The translations under genes and the position numbers were made by a program. From Balneola sp. (GTDB lineage Bacteria; Bacteroidota; Rhodothermia; Balneolales; Balneolaceae), in assembly GCA_965267385.1 (NCBI GenBank), contig OZ253957.1:65186-129185 (forward strand): a stretch of DNA of 64,000 nt, written 5' to 3'. Positions 1 through 9,537 of this stretch are shown here, in pieces. Positions within the stretch are counted from its first letter, which is position 1. Every line of letters starts with the position of its first letter. The notes beneath the pieces are model-generated. The model was given only the letters and a program-made list of their open reading frames with translations, had not been told where the DNA came from and did not search any database.

Positions 1-1674
1 CAGCCGGTGGAGGGAAGCCTTTTGATAAGGCCGACCCGCTTGAGCCGTTTCAGGATGTTGCTGGAAACCTTTGGTATCGTAGAAACAGAAGGCATCATCA
101 GTTTTAGCGGAAACATGAGCGGGGTGGCAGGAGAACCGGACTTCAGGGGAAGAATGAGTTTACAGGAGCCGGTTCTGTCAGGTATCAGGATCGACTCTGC
201 ATTTGCGAGTTTCAGCTACGATCAGAAGCGGTCACGTTTGCAGGTTAGCTCCGAGATCACGGCCGCCAGACAAAAAGCAGCAACACTCTCAGCCGGCATT
301 CCGCTTTCTTACGATTTCAGGCGCTTCGAACTGCGCACGCCGGGTGAACAGGATACCGTTCAGGTGATGGTGAGAACCGAGGACTTTAATATTTCTGTAT
401 TCAATGACTTCCTGAACAAAGAGTATATGACCCGCCTGAGGGGGATTCTCAACGGGGATCTTGAACTGGAAGGATCAATTGAGAACCTAAGGCCATCAGG
501 ATTCTTAAGCCTGTCTCAGGGAGAGGTGCGGGTACCGGTGGCCGGAATCCGTCTGGAAAACATTCGTTCAAATATGGAGTTTACAGGGCAGGGATTAAAG
601 GTTCGTGAAATTCATATGAACAGCGGAAGAGGTGAACTCAGAGCAAGCGGAAATATCGAACTGGACGGGGTGGTTCCATCGGCGGTTGATCTCAGGGCAA
701 AAGCAACTCAGTTCCGGCTTGCCAATACCACCGATCTGAATATCATTATCGACATGGAGACCAGGTTATCGGGGAAGGCAACCACGCCGACGGCGAGCGG
801 AAACCTTTCCATAAGAAACGGATTTGTATATCTCGATAATTTCGGGGATTCAGAGATCGAAGAGGTCGAGCTGGAGGGCGAAGAGGCATCCAGTTTTAGT
901 CCCTACGACTCACTCGCCATAGATATGAATTTTAGTATCGGGGATAATTTCTTTGTCAGGAACAGAGGTTATCTGGATATGGAGATAGAGCTCACCGGCG
1001 CGCTGGAAGCCCAGAAAGAAACAAGGGAGGAGCTCCAGTTGTTTGGGACGTTAAGCGGTAAGGAAGGATACATTCGTCCTTTGGGGAAACGCTTTGCGAT
1101 CCAGGAAGCGGATTACATGTTCAGCGGCCCGGTTGAAAACCCAACCTTGTCCATCCGAAGTATGTACATCCCCCAGACTGCGCAGAAGCAGGGGGAACAG
1201 TTTCAGCTGTATTACATCATTGAGGGAACCCAGCAGGACCCGGAGTTCAGGTTCGAAAGTCAGCCACAAATGGAGGAGAGCGATATCATATGCTATACCC
1301 TCTTCAACAGCACCTGTACCCAGCTTGAAGGCTGGCAGAGCGCCTTTTTGGACAACAGCGGGGCCTCGCCCGAGAACTTACTCGCGGATATCTTACTGGA
1401 TGAAGTCGAGCAGATCGCAACCAGGAAGCTGGGAATCGATGTGGTTCAGATCGACAACACAAAAGTGGGTAGTGAAACAGGCACCTCCATAAAAACGGGA
1501 TGGTACCTGAACAGCAAAACGTTTTTCTCGATCGTGAACGAGATCGTAAAAGGAAATCCCAAAATGCTGTTTGTCCTGGAATACATTCTGACCGACCGTA
1601 TGGATCTGATCCTGACAGGAGGAAGCGATTCAAGCAGGCAGGGCCTGGATATACGCTGGCAATTTGACTATTGA
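1..1674 (+). CDS. TamB-like translocation/assembly module protein, C-terminal part (gene runs off the 5' edge)
   Basis: The frame is open from base 1; the ORF track starts at an internal GTG at 7. The 555 aa are beta-rich and repetitive and end ...GLDIRWQFDY, which resembles the DUF490/TamB C-terminus. Family recalled from memory. Confidence 0.5.
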   Translation, partial: QPVEGSLLIRPTRLSRFRMLLETFGIVETEGIISFSGNMSGVAGEPDFRGRMSLQEPVLSGIRIDSAFASFSYDQKRSRLQVSSEITAARQKAATLSAGIPLSYDFRRFELRTPGEQDTVQVMVRTEDFNISVFNDFLNKEYMTRLRGILNGDLELEGSIENLRPSGFLSLSQGEVRVPVAGIRLENIRSNMEFTGQGLKVREIHMNSGRGELRASGNIELDGVVPSAVDLRAKATQFRLANTTDLNIIIDMETRLSGKATTPTASGNLSIRNGFVYLDNFGDSEIEEVELEGEEASSFSPYDSLAIDMNFSIGDNFFVRNRGYLDMEIELTGALEAQKETREELQLFGTLSGKEGYIRPLGKRFAIQEADYMFSGPVENPTLSIRSMYIPQTAQKQGEQFQLYYIIEGTQQDPEFRFESQPQMEESDIICYTLFNSTCTQLEGWQSAFLDNSGASPENLLADILLDEVEQIATRKLGIDVVQIDNTKVGSETGTSIKTGWYLNSKTFFSIVNEIVKGNPKMLFVLEYILTDRMDLILTGGSDSSRQGLDIRWQFDY

Positions 1675-1843
1675 TCAAAGCTGCAGTTTTCTCCTCTGCA
1701 GCATTCTTCTACATTGATACCGCATGCAGCACATTGGCCGTGCCCGTGAACCCAGACCAGTTCAGCTTGTTGCCCGCAATAAAGGCATCGCCTGGATTCC
1801 TGTTCCGGCTTTCTGTCAGTGTTTTGTACCGGTGGTTGCTTGG

Positions 1844-2776
1844 TCATGAGGAAGTGAGTTCCGTGTATGCCGCTTCAATATTCGTACTCAATTTTAAACC
1901 CCAGCCTGGCGCGTTAAAATCCTCAAATCCGGGAATTACCCCGGCCGAAGAAATTTCTTCACGGCTCTTCCCCTCCCGGATTCCTTTTTGGGTATATTCA
2001 AGCAGGGCTTCCAGAAAATCACTCATCACGCGAACATCATCCCGGGAGCCGGTTATTCCGAATTCCGGGTTGCCATGCCCGAAAATATATACAGCATCTG
2101 CAGGCAGGTCGTTGGCGGTGGCTCTCAGCGTCTCCACCCAATTGGCGATATTCGCTCCGCCCCTGATATCGATAAAGGGGTATGCCCGGTTAAAGACCAG
2201 GTCGCCCATATGCGCAACATTGGCCTTCTCAAAATACACGACCGAATCGCCACCGGTATGGGCAGGGCCCCGATTGGACAGATGTACTCTCTCATCACCT
2301 ACTTCAGCAGACCATTCATCCTGATAAGTAAGGTCGGGATATACCTGGGATTTGAGGACTTCCTGTCCCCGGCGTTCAGCAGCGGCTTTCTGCAGGCCGG
2401 GAACATGTTCGTGTGCCAGGATGTGCCGCGCAAAATCTTTGAAAACTCCATTTCCCGCGGTGTGATCCCCGTGGTGATGGGTGTTGATGAGATAGTCCAT
2501 GATGCCCAGCCCGGATTTGTCTTTCAACCCGTCTAAACAGCTTTGGGCTGAAGCAGGATACTGAGAATCAACAGCAACCAGGGCATCGCGGGTTGCCAGC
2601 CAGCCTATGGTTCCGCCTCTCATCACAAAGGTGCCCACATTTCTGCGTATGGTTTGGAAAGGGGTTTGCAGGATCAGCGCCAGCTTATGGAGTGGTAGCA
2701 CGGCACCCATCCCAATTAGGGCGGAATTGAGAAGAAAGTCACTGCGTTTCATAGAAGTCCCTGAGGGTTGGTTCAA
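1844..2776 (-). CDS. MBL-fold metallo-hydrolase, probably exported
   Basis: HxHxDH motif (INTHHHGDHTAGN) and an N-terminal signal-like MKRSDFLLNSALIGMGAV. The antisense ORFs 1671..2324 and 1988..2536 are shadows. Confidence 0.8.
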   Translation of the reverse strand: MNQPSGTSMKRSDFLLNSALIGMGAVLPLHKLALILQTPFQTIRRNVGTFVMRGGTIGWLATRDALVAVDSQYPASAQSCLDGLKDKSGLGIMDYLINTHHHGDHTAGNGVFKDFARHILAHEHVPGLQKAAAERRGQEVLKSQVYPDLTYQDEWSAEVGDERVHLSNRGPAHTGGDSVVYFEKANVAHMGDLVFNRAYPFIDIRGGANIANWVETLRATANDLPADAVYIFGHGNPEFGITGSRDDVRVMSDFLEALLEYTQKGIREGKSREEISSAGVIPGFEDFNAPGWGLKLSTNIEAAYTELTSS

Positions 2777-2782
2777 TACATA

Positions 2783-3454
2783 TTATTCCAGCACCAGATA
2801 ACGTCCTGGCCGGTGATTGACAGCTAATATAAGATTAAGGAAGACAGCCGCAAGCACAGAATAAAGCACCGCCATGATATCCACGATGAGGATGGCTCCG
2901 GCAATCACAAACACATCCACGATCATCTGGAATTTTCCCGCGTTGATCTTGTGATACTTCTGCAGGTAAATGGACATGATGTTCAGGCCTCCAAGGCTTG
3001 CTTTATGACGGAAAAGAATGAGCAGTCCGGTGCCGATCAGAAAGCCTCCCAGCGCAGCGGCATACAAAGGGTTGATCTCTCCGAACTTGAATACCTCCGG
3101 CACAAAGTCAGACAACACAGAAATCAATGAAACCGAAAAGATGGTTTTCATGGTAAAAACCCGTCCGAGTTTCCAGAAAGAGAGCAGATAGAAGGGAATG
3201 TTGATGATGGTAAAGACCCATCCAAAACTAAAGCCCGTGGCGTACTGTGTCAGAAAAGCGACTCCGGCCGTTCCGCCGATCAGAAACTGCTGATGAGAAA
3301 ACAAAGCAATACCGAAGGAAAGCAGGATGGAGGCCACGGAGATGGACAACAGGTCCTCAAATAGGGTGTGCTCGCGCACAGAAGGATCGATGCCTTCTTT
3401 CCGGAGTTGCCGGGTAATAAGGTCGGGATCGCGGGGTTCCTTTTTTTTGGACAT
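2783..3454 (-). CDS. YitT/DUF161-like integral membrane protein
   Basis: 223 aa with 5-6 hydrophobic helices. It is tightly packed between the GroES-like and MBL genes on the same strand. Confidence 0.5.
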   Translation of the reverse strand: MSKKKEPRDPDLITRQLRKEGIDPSVREHTLFEDLLSISVASILLSFGIALFSHQQFLIGGTAGVAFLTQYATGFSFGWVFTIINIPFYLLSFWKLGRVFTMKTIFSVSLISVLSDFVPEVFKFGEINPLYAAALGGFLIGTGLLILFRHKASLGGLNIMSIYLQKYHKINAGKFQMIVDVFVIAGAILIVDIMAVLYSVLAAVFLNLILAVNHRPGRYLVLE

Positions 3455-3462
3455 GCAGGTCG

Positions 3463-3825
3463 TTATTCGTCGCGTATGAGAAGCAGAATGGCCCCGTGGG
3501 GTACGATGACATACTTCTCATTTTCGAATTCGATTTCGTGGGCCTGGGTTTTAAGGAAAATGGCCAGGTCGCCTTCCGTTGCCTGCATACCGATGTACCT
3601 GGTATCATCGGTTGATTTCCAGGGCTCATCAATATCGGTATTTGGAATAGGATATCCCGGGCCGGTTTTAACAATGTACCCGCTCTGTATTTCTTCCTTC
3701 TCCCTGACGGAAGCGGGTAAAACCAATCCGGTTCGTGTATGGGTTTCCATATCCCGCGGCCGGATCAGAACCCGGTCTCCCACCACGATGAATTTATCTA
3801 CTGAGTTCAGGTAATCTTGAATCAT
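3463..3825 (-). CDS. GroES/Cpn10-family co-chaperonin-like protein
   Basis: 120 aa with VGDRVLIRP...TGLVLP...G.IVKTGPG...GD...F, the Cpn10 pattern. Confidence 0.55.
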   Translation of the reverse strand: MIQDYLNSVDKFIVVGDRVLIRPRDMETHTRTGLVLPASVREKEEIQSGYIVKTGPGYPIPNTDIDEPWKSTDDTRYIGMQATEGDLAIFLKTQAHEIEFENEKYVIVPHGAILLLIRDE

Positions 3826-3920
3826 AATTCAGGATTTTTGTCAAAAATAAGGAATTTTAAACCTCAAGAGGTAGGTTTCGTGTAAAGTGCCGAAAATCTT
3901 AATAAAGAAGGTCTCAGAGT

Positions 3921-4757
3921 ATGAACAACAAACTATGTGTGATCACAGGAGCAAACTCAGGAATAGGCTTCGAAACCGCTAAGGAGCTGGCTTCCCGCGG
4001 GGCTTATATTGTGATGGTGTGCAGAAATGAAGACAAGGCGGAAGCCGCAAGGAGAAGGATCGAAGAGTCAGCCACAGCCGCCGGCATTGACATTGTTCTT
4101 TGTGATTTTGCCATTCAGTCAGACATCAGAAAAGCCGCGGAAGAAATCAGGTCCCGTTTCGATAAAATTGATGTGCTGATCAATAACCACGGTTTTATTG
4201 CTTCCGGGAGAACCGAGACGGTTGACGGACTGGAATCCACTTTTGCGGTTAACCATATCGGTTATTTTCTGTTTACCAACCTGTTGCTGGATCTTTTGAA
4301 GAATACAGAGAAGGCCAGGGTCATCAACGTGGCTTCGGCCGCACACAGAGGCGGTGTCTTTGATCCTGACAACCTTCAGCTTACTTCCGGTTTTACGCCC
4401 TGGAGAGCATATGCAAATTCCAAGCTGTTCAACATCCTCTTTACAAAGGAACTGGCCGAACGGGTAAAGGACACAGGGATCACCGCTAATTGTTTGCACC
4501 CGGGGGTAGTTCGCTCCAGTTTTGGCAGCCACGGTTCCTTTCTGTTCAGGATTTTATGGGCCGTCGGCAGCCTGTTCATGGTGTCAAATAAAAAGGGAGC
4601 CGAAACATCCATCTACTTGGCAACATCAGATGAAGTGGCGGATGTAAACGGCGCTTACTTTAAAAACAAAAAAGTGGCCGTACCCAAAAAAGCAGCCAGG
4701 AATCCGGAAAATGCGAGGCAATTGTGGGAGATCAGCGAACAGCTTTGCGGCCTGTAA
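3921..4757 (+). CDS. SDR-family oxidoreductase
   Basis: TGANSGIG cofactor motif and the YANSK catalytic YxxxK. Confidence 0.85.
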   Translation: MNNKLCVITGANSGIGFETAKELASRGAYIVMVCRNEDKAEAARRRIEESATAAGIDIVLCDFAIQSDIRKAAEEIRSRFDKIDVLINNHGFIASGRTETVDGLESTFAVNHIGYFLFTNLLLDLLKNTEKARVINVASAAHRGGVFDPDNLQLTSGFTPWRAYANSKLFNILFTKELAERVKDTGITANCLHPGVVRSSFGSHGSFLFRILWAVGSLFMVSNKKGAETSIYLATSDEVADVNGAYFKNKKVAVPKKAARNPENARQLWEISEQLCGL

Positions 4758-4909
4758 TGAAGGATCACGTGGAAGGCACAAAAAGAACCTTTGTTATAAA
4801 GTGGCCATCTTTAAAAGATGCGGTCCTCAAAAGCCGACCTTCAAATGAAAGATTCTGATGCGTGGGATCCCGGGCAAACCAATTCACTCCCGTAGGGAGC
4901 TATGGTCGT

Positions 4910-5107
4910 TTACCTGATCCGTGAGATCACAAGTCCCGCCAGCATGACCACGGCAGAAACGATGATAGGTACATAATTTCCGGTACTGACGGTAACATCG
5001 GCTCCGAGTACCTCGAATGAATCAGACTGTTGGAAGTACTCATAGGTATAGTAGATAAGCCCGGCCAAACCGGCAGCGGCAATGATGTTTCCGATCTTCT
5101 TTTTCAT
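4910..5107 (-). CDS. small two-helix membrane protein (paralog A)
   Basis: ATG at 5107 (MKKKIGNIIAAAGLAG...); the track start at 5140 is a TTG. Similar in layout and sequence to the ORF at 5177..5380. Confidence 0.45.
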   Translation of the reverse strand: MKKKIGNIIAAAGLAGLIYYTYEYFQQSDSFEVLGADVTVSTGNYVPIIVSAVVMLAGLVISRIR

Positions 5108-5176
5108 AAGTGCTGTAGGAGTTGATTGCTGTTTAATCAAAGGCAGATAAAGCGGAATCGTTCCTTTTTAACCAGG

Positions 5177-5380
5177 CTACCTCTTTTCTCTTTTGATGGT
5201 AAGGATACCGGTCAGCATAATGAGGCCGGATATGAGCACCGGAATGTAGTCACCCTGCACGATCACAAAATCAATTCCAAAGGCTTCCAGGCTCGTTGTT
5301 TCTTTGAAGTACCGATATCCAAAAAAACAGCACCCGATGAATCCGGTGGTTGCACATATGTTTCCGATGAAGTTTCTCAT
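5177..5380 (-). CDS. small two-helix membrane protein (paralog B)
   Basis: MRNFIGNICATTGFIG...YFKETTSLEAFGIDF... aligns with ...YFQQSDSFEVLGADV... of paralog A. Confidence 0.45.
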   Translation of the reverse strand: MRNFIGNICATTGFIGCCFFGYRYFKETTSLEAFGIDFVIVQGDYIPVLISGLIMLTGILTIKREKR

Positions 5381-5584
5381 ACTGTTTGTATTCGACAGGC
5401 CCGGAAATGTTCCTCTGATTCACAGAGCCAGCTCCAAGCCCTGCAATAGACGTTCGGGGCGCAGGAAAGTGCTAAGTCATGCAAACGCAGGGAACACTCA
5501 TCCATTCAGAGCATTCAATCATTAACCCTGAAACAGAAGAGCTATTGTTTTAGCTTGGTATAACTTTAAACAAATACGATACCT

Positions 5585-6352
5585 ATGAAGAAGTTCATCA
5601 AGTTGTTCCCGTTAATGATCGTTCTGGCCCTCGCCGGCATGTCCTGTAGCGACGATGCGCCATCAGCAGGAGAACCCCCGTCAATCCCTGACCTTACAGC
5701 TGTTCAGCCGTCTTTTGATTATTTCCAGGCGAATAAGGTGGCCCGGAAAGCCATGGGAGAGAATTTTGAAATGGCCCGTGCTTTGACGGAAGCCGTGGAG
5801 CTGCTGATGATTTCATTTAGCTCGCTTCCCGAGGGTTTTCTGAATACCGCGGAATCTGTGGAACCAACGTTCAGTGACGGAGTCTGGACCTGGACCTATA
5901 GCGATTCAGGTCAGGGAACTTCCGTGGAGATCAGGCTTACGGCTGAAGAGACCAATACCCGCATTAACTGGGAGATGTTTCTGACTGTAAGCAGTCCCGA
6001 GTTCAACCTGGATAACCATAAGTTCATCGACGGATATATTGTAAAAGAAAGCGAGGAGGGCGAGTGGAATATCTATGACTTTTACGGCGAAAGCATGTCA
6101 CCGGTCATGACCTTCTCCTGGAATATAACCAGCGAAGATGTGGCTGAATTCAGCGTTAGTTTTAATGACGCTTCTTTCTCCCAGATCCAATACACCAGGA
6201 ACACTCCGGACAACACGCTGACCATTACAGAAGATCAAGGAACCACCGTGATTTACTGGAATACTGACAATGGTACGGGATACATTGAATATACCGGGCA
6301 GGATCGCATATGCTGGGATGCCGCCGGAAATAATGTAGCGTGCACATCTTAG
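5585..6352 (+). CDS. lipoprotein of unknown function
   Basis: Lipobox-like LALAGMSC after a signal peptide. Followed by a strong terminator. Confidence 0.6.
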   Translation: MKKFIKLFPLMIVLALAGMSCSDDAPSAGEPPSIPDLTAVQPSFDYFQANKVARKAMGENFEMARALTEAVELLMISFSSLPEGFLNTAESVEPTFSDGVWTWTYSDSGQGTSVEIRLTAEETNTRINWEMFLTVSSPEFNLDNHKFIDGYIVKESEEGEWNIYDFYGESMSPVMTFSWNITSEDVAEFSVSFNDASFSQIQYTRNTPDNTLTITEDQGTTVIYWNTDNGTGYIEYTGQDRICWDAAGNNVACTS

Positions 6353-6373
6353 AGATTGTTTTCGGACGTCAAA

Positions 6374-6403
6374 AGCCGCATCAGCCATGCGGCTTTTTTT
6401 TTT
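6374..6403. terminator. bidirectional rho-independent terminator
   Basis: AGCCGCAT-cagcc-ATGCGGCT followed by a T10 run, between convergent genes. Confidence 0.6.
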
Positions 6404-7070
6404 ATTCAAGGTGGCGGGTAAGCACCTCACTCATATAATCAAAAAAGGGTCGCACCGCGATAAAGCTCTTGACGACCTCAAAGATGAAGTCCTCATCAAG
6501 GACCTCTTCATCTGAGAACGGGCGGGTTACCAAATACTGTTTGTAGCGAATGAGGTCAATGTTAGGGTGGTTTTTATCAAAACCCCGGGGCGCAGTAGCC
6601 ACGGCCTTGCCTTTAAGTCCTCCGAACATATCTCTGAATGCTGGATCCTGAAGAATAGCCCGTAGAGGTTCAGCATCATGTTCGAGCTCGGTCCGGATTC
6701 TCTTCAGGTCTCCGGAATTGGGATTGAAGAAGCCTGCCGCAAGGAATGAATTGTCAGGCTCAATGCGGATGAAGTACCCTCCGCGCAGCCATTGGGTTGC
6801 CCGGGCCATTCTGCCCGCGAAATGGTTTTTGTAGGGAGACTTGTCCTTCGAAAAACGTACATCCCGATAGATCCGGAACAGGGACTTCTTTCCGGATTCA
6901 TTTTCTATATGATCGATCTTTTTCATTTCAGTGATCAGATCGTCCATGAACCGGACCATATTTTCATGAGCATTCAGGTACTCCGGCTTATGCTCGTTGA
7001 ACCACTCCCGGTTGTTATTTTCGGAGAGATTCCGAAGAAACTGAAGCGTTTCAGGCTGAATGGAGGTCAT
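6402..7070 (-). CDS. DUF2461 (TIGR02453)-family protein
   Basis: MTSIQPETLQFLRNLSENNNREWFNEHKPEY is the typical N-terminus of this family. I chose the start at the internal Met (7070). Confidence 0.7.
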   Translation of the reverse strand: MTSIQPETLQFLRNLSENNNREWFNEHKPEYLNAHENMVRFMDDLITEMKKIDHIENESGKKSLFRIYRDVRFSKDKSPYKNHFAGRMARATQWLRGGYFIRIEPDNSFLAAGFFNPNSGDLKRIRTELEHDAEPLRAILQDPAFRDMFGGLKGKAVATAPRGFDKNHPNIDLIRYKQYLVTRPFSDEEVLDEDFIFEVVKSFIAVRPFFDYMSEVLTRHLE

Positions 7071-7160
7071 GTTGTACACCCTTTGTTTTGTTGAGAAGAG
7101 AAGCCGGAGGCGGCGGATTTCCCATTGTATCAAAGCCGGATAACTAAAGCAATGTGAAAG

Positions 7161-8558
7161 CTAACGGAAGGGCCCGCATACAAGCGCTTTGGCCACACCC
7201 GGTTTCAGATGGTCCAGACCCTGAATGAGTTGATCCTCACCGAGCAGGATGTCTGTAATCTGCCCGCTGTATTTAATGGCCGTTTCTCTCATGAACCCCA
7301 TCATGGGCCATCCCCATAAAGCGGAGAAGAGAACTCCGTTTTCTTCAAAAAAGGGATCGGTCAGGTAAGTACACTCTATTACATTCTCCACCGCGCTCCG
7401 GTTGCTGGCACTTCCTCCGATCAGGTCAATGACAACGGTCCCCTTTTGCAGGAGGTTTTCGGTGTGATCGCGGGTAAGCAGGTAGTTTTTACCGCGGAGT
7501 TCTTCAGGTTGCTCGGCTCCGTTGATGATCAGGTCGGCATGTTCTATGTATTGCTCGATCGTTCCTTTCCGGGTTTGGGCTTTGCCCAGCACATGAATGA
7601 CGCGTACACCGGCTGCATAGCACTCGTGGATAGCACCCATGCCCACATTTCCATATCCCATCACCACGGCGACCGCTTCTTCCGGATTCTTCTTTTTAAC
7701 ACTCTCATTCTTCAAAAGTTTGAGTCCGTATCGCGCACCGGCGCGGCCGGTTTCATGCAGAGCCTCGATCTTTCGTTTACCGAACTTTGGAGCCGGATTT
7801 ACATGTCTGTAATATTTCAATGCCTGAGTCCCGTGATTCTTCACAAAAGTATCCACATTGTAGGTTCGGATGTTCCGGTGCTCCAACTCCACTACGACTC
7901 CATGAGGGTCTCTGAAAAAGCTGGTGTCGTAAACGACCACGGAATTACTGTTGAGTTCACCAAGCTCCTCAAGGGTTACATCTTCCGGATGAAGAAGCAG
8001 GCTCTCCGGGGAATGGTTCATTAACCTTCGGATCACCCCTGCCATGCGATCGCTGTAGCCGATGACGTGGAATTCGTCCTGATCCACTCCTCCGCGCCGA
8101 AGATCCAATTCGATACAGTTATCGGCGGCCATGAGTCCCAGCACCAGTTCTTTAGGGAGCTTTTCCGGAGACTGGACCACATACTCCATGGCCACCACAT
8201 TGATGCGTCGCTCCTCCAGCATTTTTGCCCGCTTCGGGAAAGAATGAAAATGGGCCATACAGAACAGCGTGCAGGCCGGCTTCATGAGTGGTATGCTCTC
8301 CAACGCCGGACCCTTGAATTTGATGATCAGCTCTTTATCGCGGTACAGGTCCTCGTTGCTTTCTATGATGGCACCCGCTTCCTCATATTCCGGGTCCGGA
8401 AAACCAACTCCTTCTCCGGCGCCCTGCTCTACATACACCTCACAGCCATAGTCGGCTAGCTTTTTGACATCGCTCGGGATAAGGGCCACCCTTTTTTCAA
8501 GCGCTCCGGGATTTTCAGGGGATTCGATCTCTTTTGCCAGTCCAATGATCTTATACAT
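7161..8558 (-). CDS. alanine dehydrogenase/PNT-domain NAD(P)-dependent dehydrogenase
   Basis: N-terminal KRVALIPSDVKKLADYGCEVYVEQGAGEGVGFPDPEYEEAGA and the dinucleotide fold VMGYGNVGMGA. The exact enzyme is not resolvable by eye. Confidence 0.6.
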   Translation of the reverse strand: MYKIIGLAKEIESPENPGALEKRVALIPSDVKKLADYGCEVYVEQGAGEGVGFPDPEYEEAGAIIESNEDLYRDKELIIKFKGPALESIPLMKPACTLFCMAHFHSFPKRAKMLEERRINVVAMEYVVQSPEKLPKELVLGLMAADNCIELDLRRGGVDQDEFHVIGYSDRMAGVIRRLMNHSPESLLLHPEDVTLEELGELNSNSVVVYDTSFFRDPHGVVVELEHRNIRTYNVDTFVKNHGTQALKYYRHVNPAPKFGKRKIEALHETGRAGARYGLKLLKNESVKKKNPEEAVAVVMGYGNVGMGAIHECYAAGVRVIHVLGKAQTRKGTIEQYIEHADLIINGAEQPEELRGKNYLLTRDHTENLLQKGTVVIDLIGGSASNRSAVENVIECTYLTDPFFEENGVLFSALWGWPMMGFMRETAIKYSGQITDILLGEDQLIQGLDHLKPGVAKALVCGPFR

Positions 8559-8564
8559 AAAGCT

Positions 8565-8924
8565 CTAGTCCCTGGCTTGAAAATTCGGATTTTGAATGAT
8601 GCCTAACAGGTTACCAAAGGGATCAATGACGGTGGCTACATACACCTCGCCTCCAACGTGCATGATCTCCTCGTCAGGTTTGGCGCCCAGCCCGGTGAGC
8701 TTTGCCCAGGCCTGATGAATATCATCGACCCCCCAGTACACGATGGATCCCTGGGTTCCGGGTTGCCGGTCGGGCTGAAGCCCCAGCTCATAGCCACCGA
8801 CATCAAAGCCGACGTAAAAGGGTTCTTCAAAATAAGGATCTTCCCCGAGTACGGATTTGTACCACTCGGTGGCTTTATGAATATCGGGGGCCGGATAAAT
8901 AACGGTTCGGAGTCCTTTGAGCAT
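8565..8924 (-). CDS. VOC/glyoxalase-family protein
   Basis: About 120 aa from MLKGLRTVIYPAPDIHKATEWYKSVLG. The longer track ORF starts 26 codons upstream. Confidence 0.65.
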   Translation of the reverse strand: MLKGLRTVIYPAPDIHKATEWYKSVLGEDPYFEEPFYVGFDVGGYELGLQPDRQPGTQGSIVYWGVDDIHQAWAKLTGLGAKPDEEIMHVGGEVYVATVIDPFGNLLGIIQNPNFQARD

Positions 8925-9263
8925 GTGGTATGAAATTAAAGGTGAACCTGAAAAATGGGAAATTTTGAGGACAGAAATGGATGAAATATCCGGCTGAGGC
9001 ATTGTTTTTTTGAAGCCATACAGGGGTTCTTAACGTTCTTTAACCAGCCAGGGAGGTCTTTTCGGTGTACAATTTGGTATTGGCAAAAATAAACGGGACC
9101 TTTAGAAGCGCAAGTTAAAGGTCAGGTATCGGTATCTTTTAGTACAGTATCAGTTTCCCTTCTCTAGTTTGTTATCAATTATAATACTCACAGCCGATTT
9201 TTGAAGACTATTCACATTTCGTGAAAGCAACTGTACCTGTGATCAAGACAATTCTTTATAGTA

Positions 9264-9473
9264 ATGGAATACGGAAAAGTAAAATGGTTCGATGAACAAA
9301 AAGGTTTTGGTTTCATCCAGCCGGATAATGGCGGAAAAGATGTTTTTCTGCACCGCAACAACATTGAGAACCTCGGTTATAACGAAGGCATCAATGACGG
9401 AGAAGCGGTTGAATACAACGTGGAAGAAACACCCAAAGGGCTGAGTGCAGAGAACGTATATATTCTCGAGTAA
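9264..9473 (+). CDS. csp: cold-shock protein (CspA family)
   Basis: GKVKWFDEQKGFGFIQPDNGGKDVFLH carries the RNP1/RNP2 motifs. Confidence 0.9.
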   Translation: MEYGKVKWFDEQKGFGFIQPDNGGKDVFLHRNNIENLGYNEGINDGEAVEYNVEETPKGLSAENVYILE

Positions 9474-9498
9474 GACGGTTCTTTGACCAGAACGTACA

Positions 9499-9529
9499 AG
9501 CCCGGTTTCTAGGAAACCGGGCTTTTTTA
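9499..9529. terminator. bidirectional rho-independent terminator
   Basis: AGCCCGGTTTC-tag-GAAACCGGGCT followed by T6, between convergent csp and mscS. Confidence 0.7.
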
Positions 9530-9537
9530 TTACGGGC

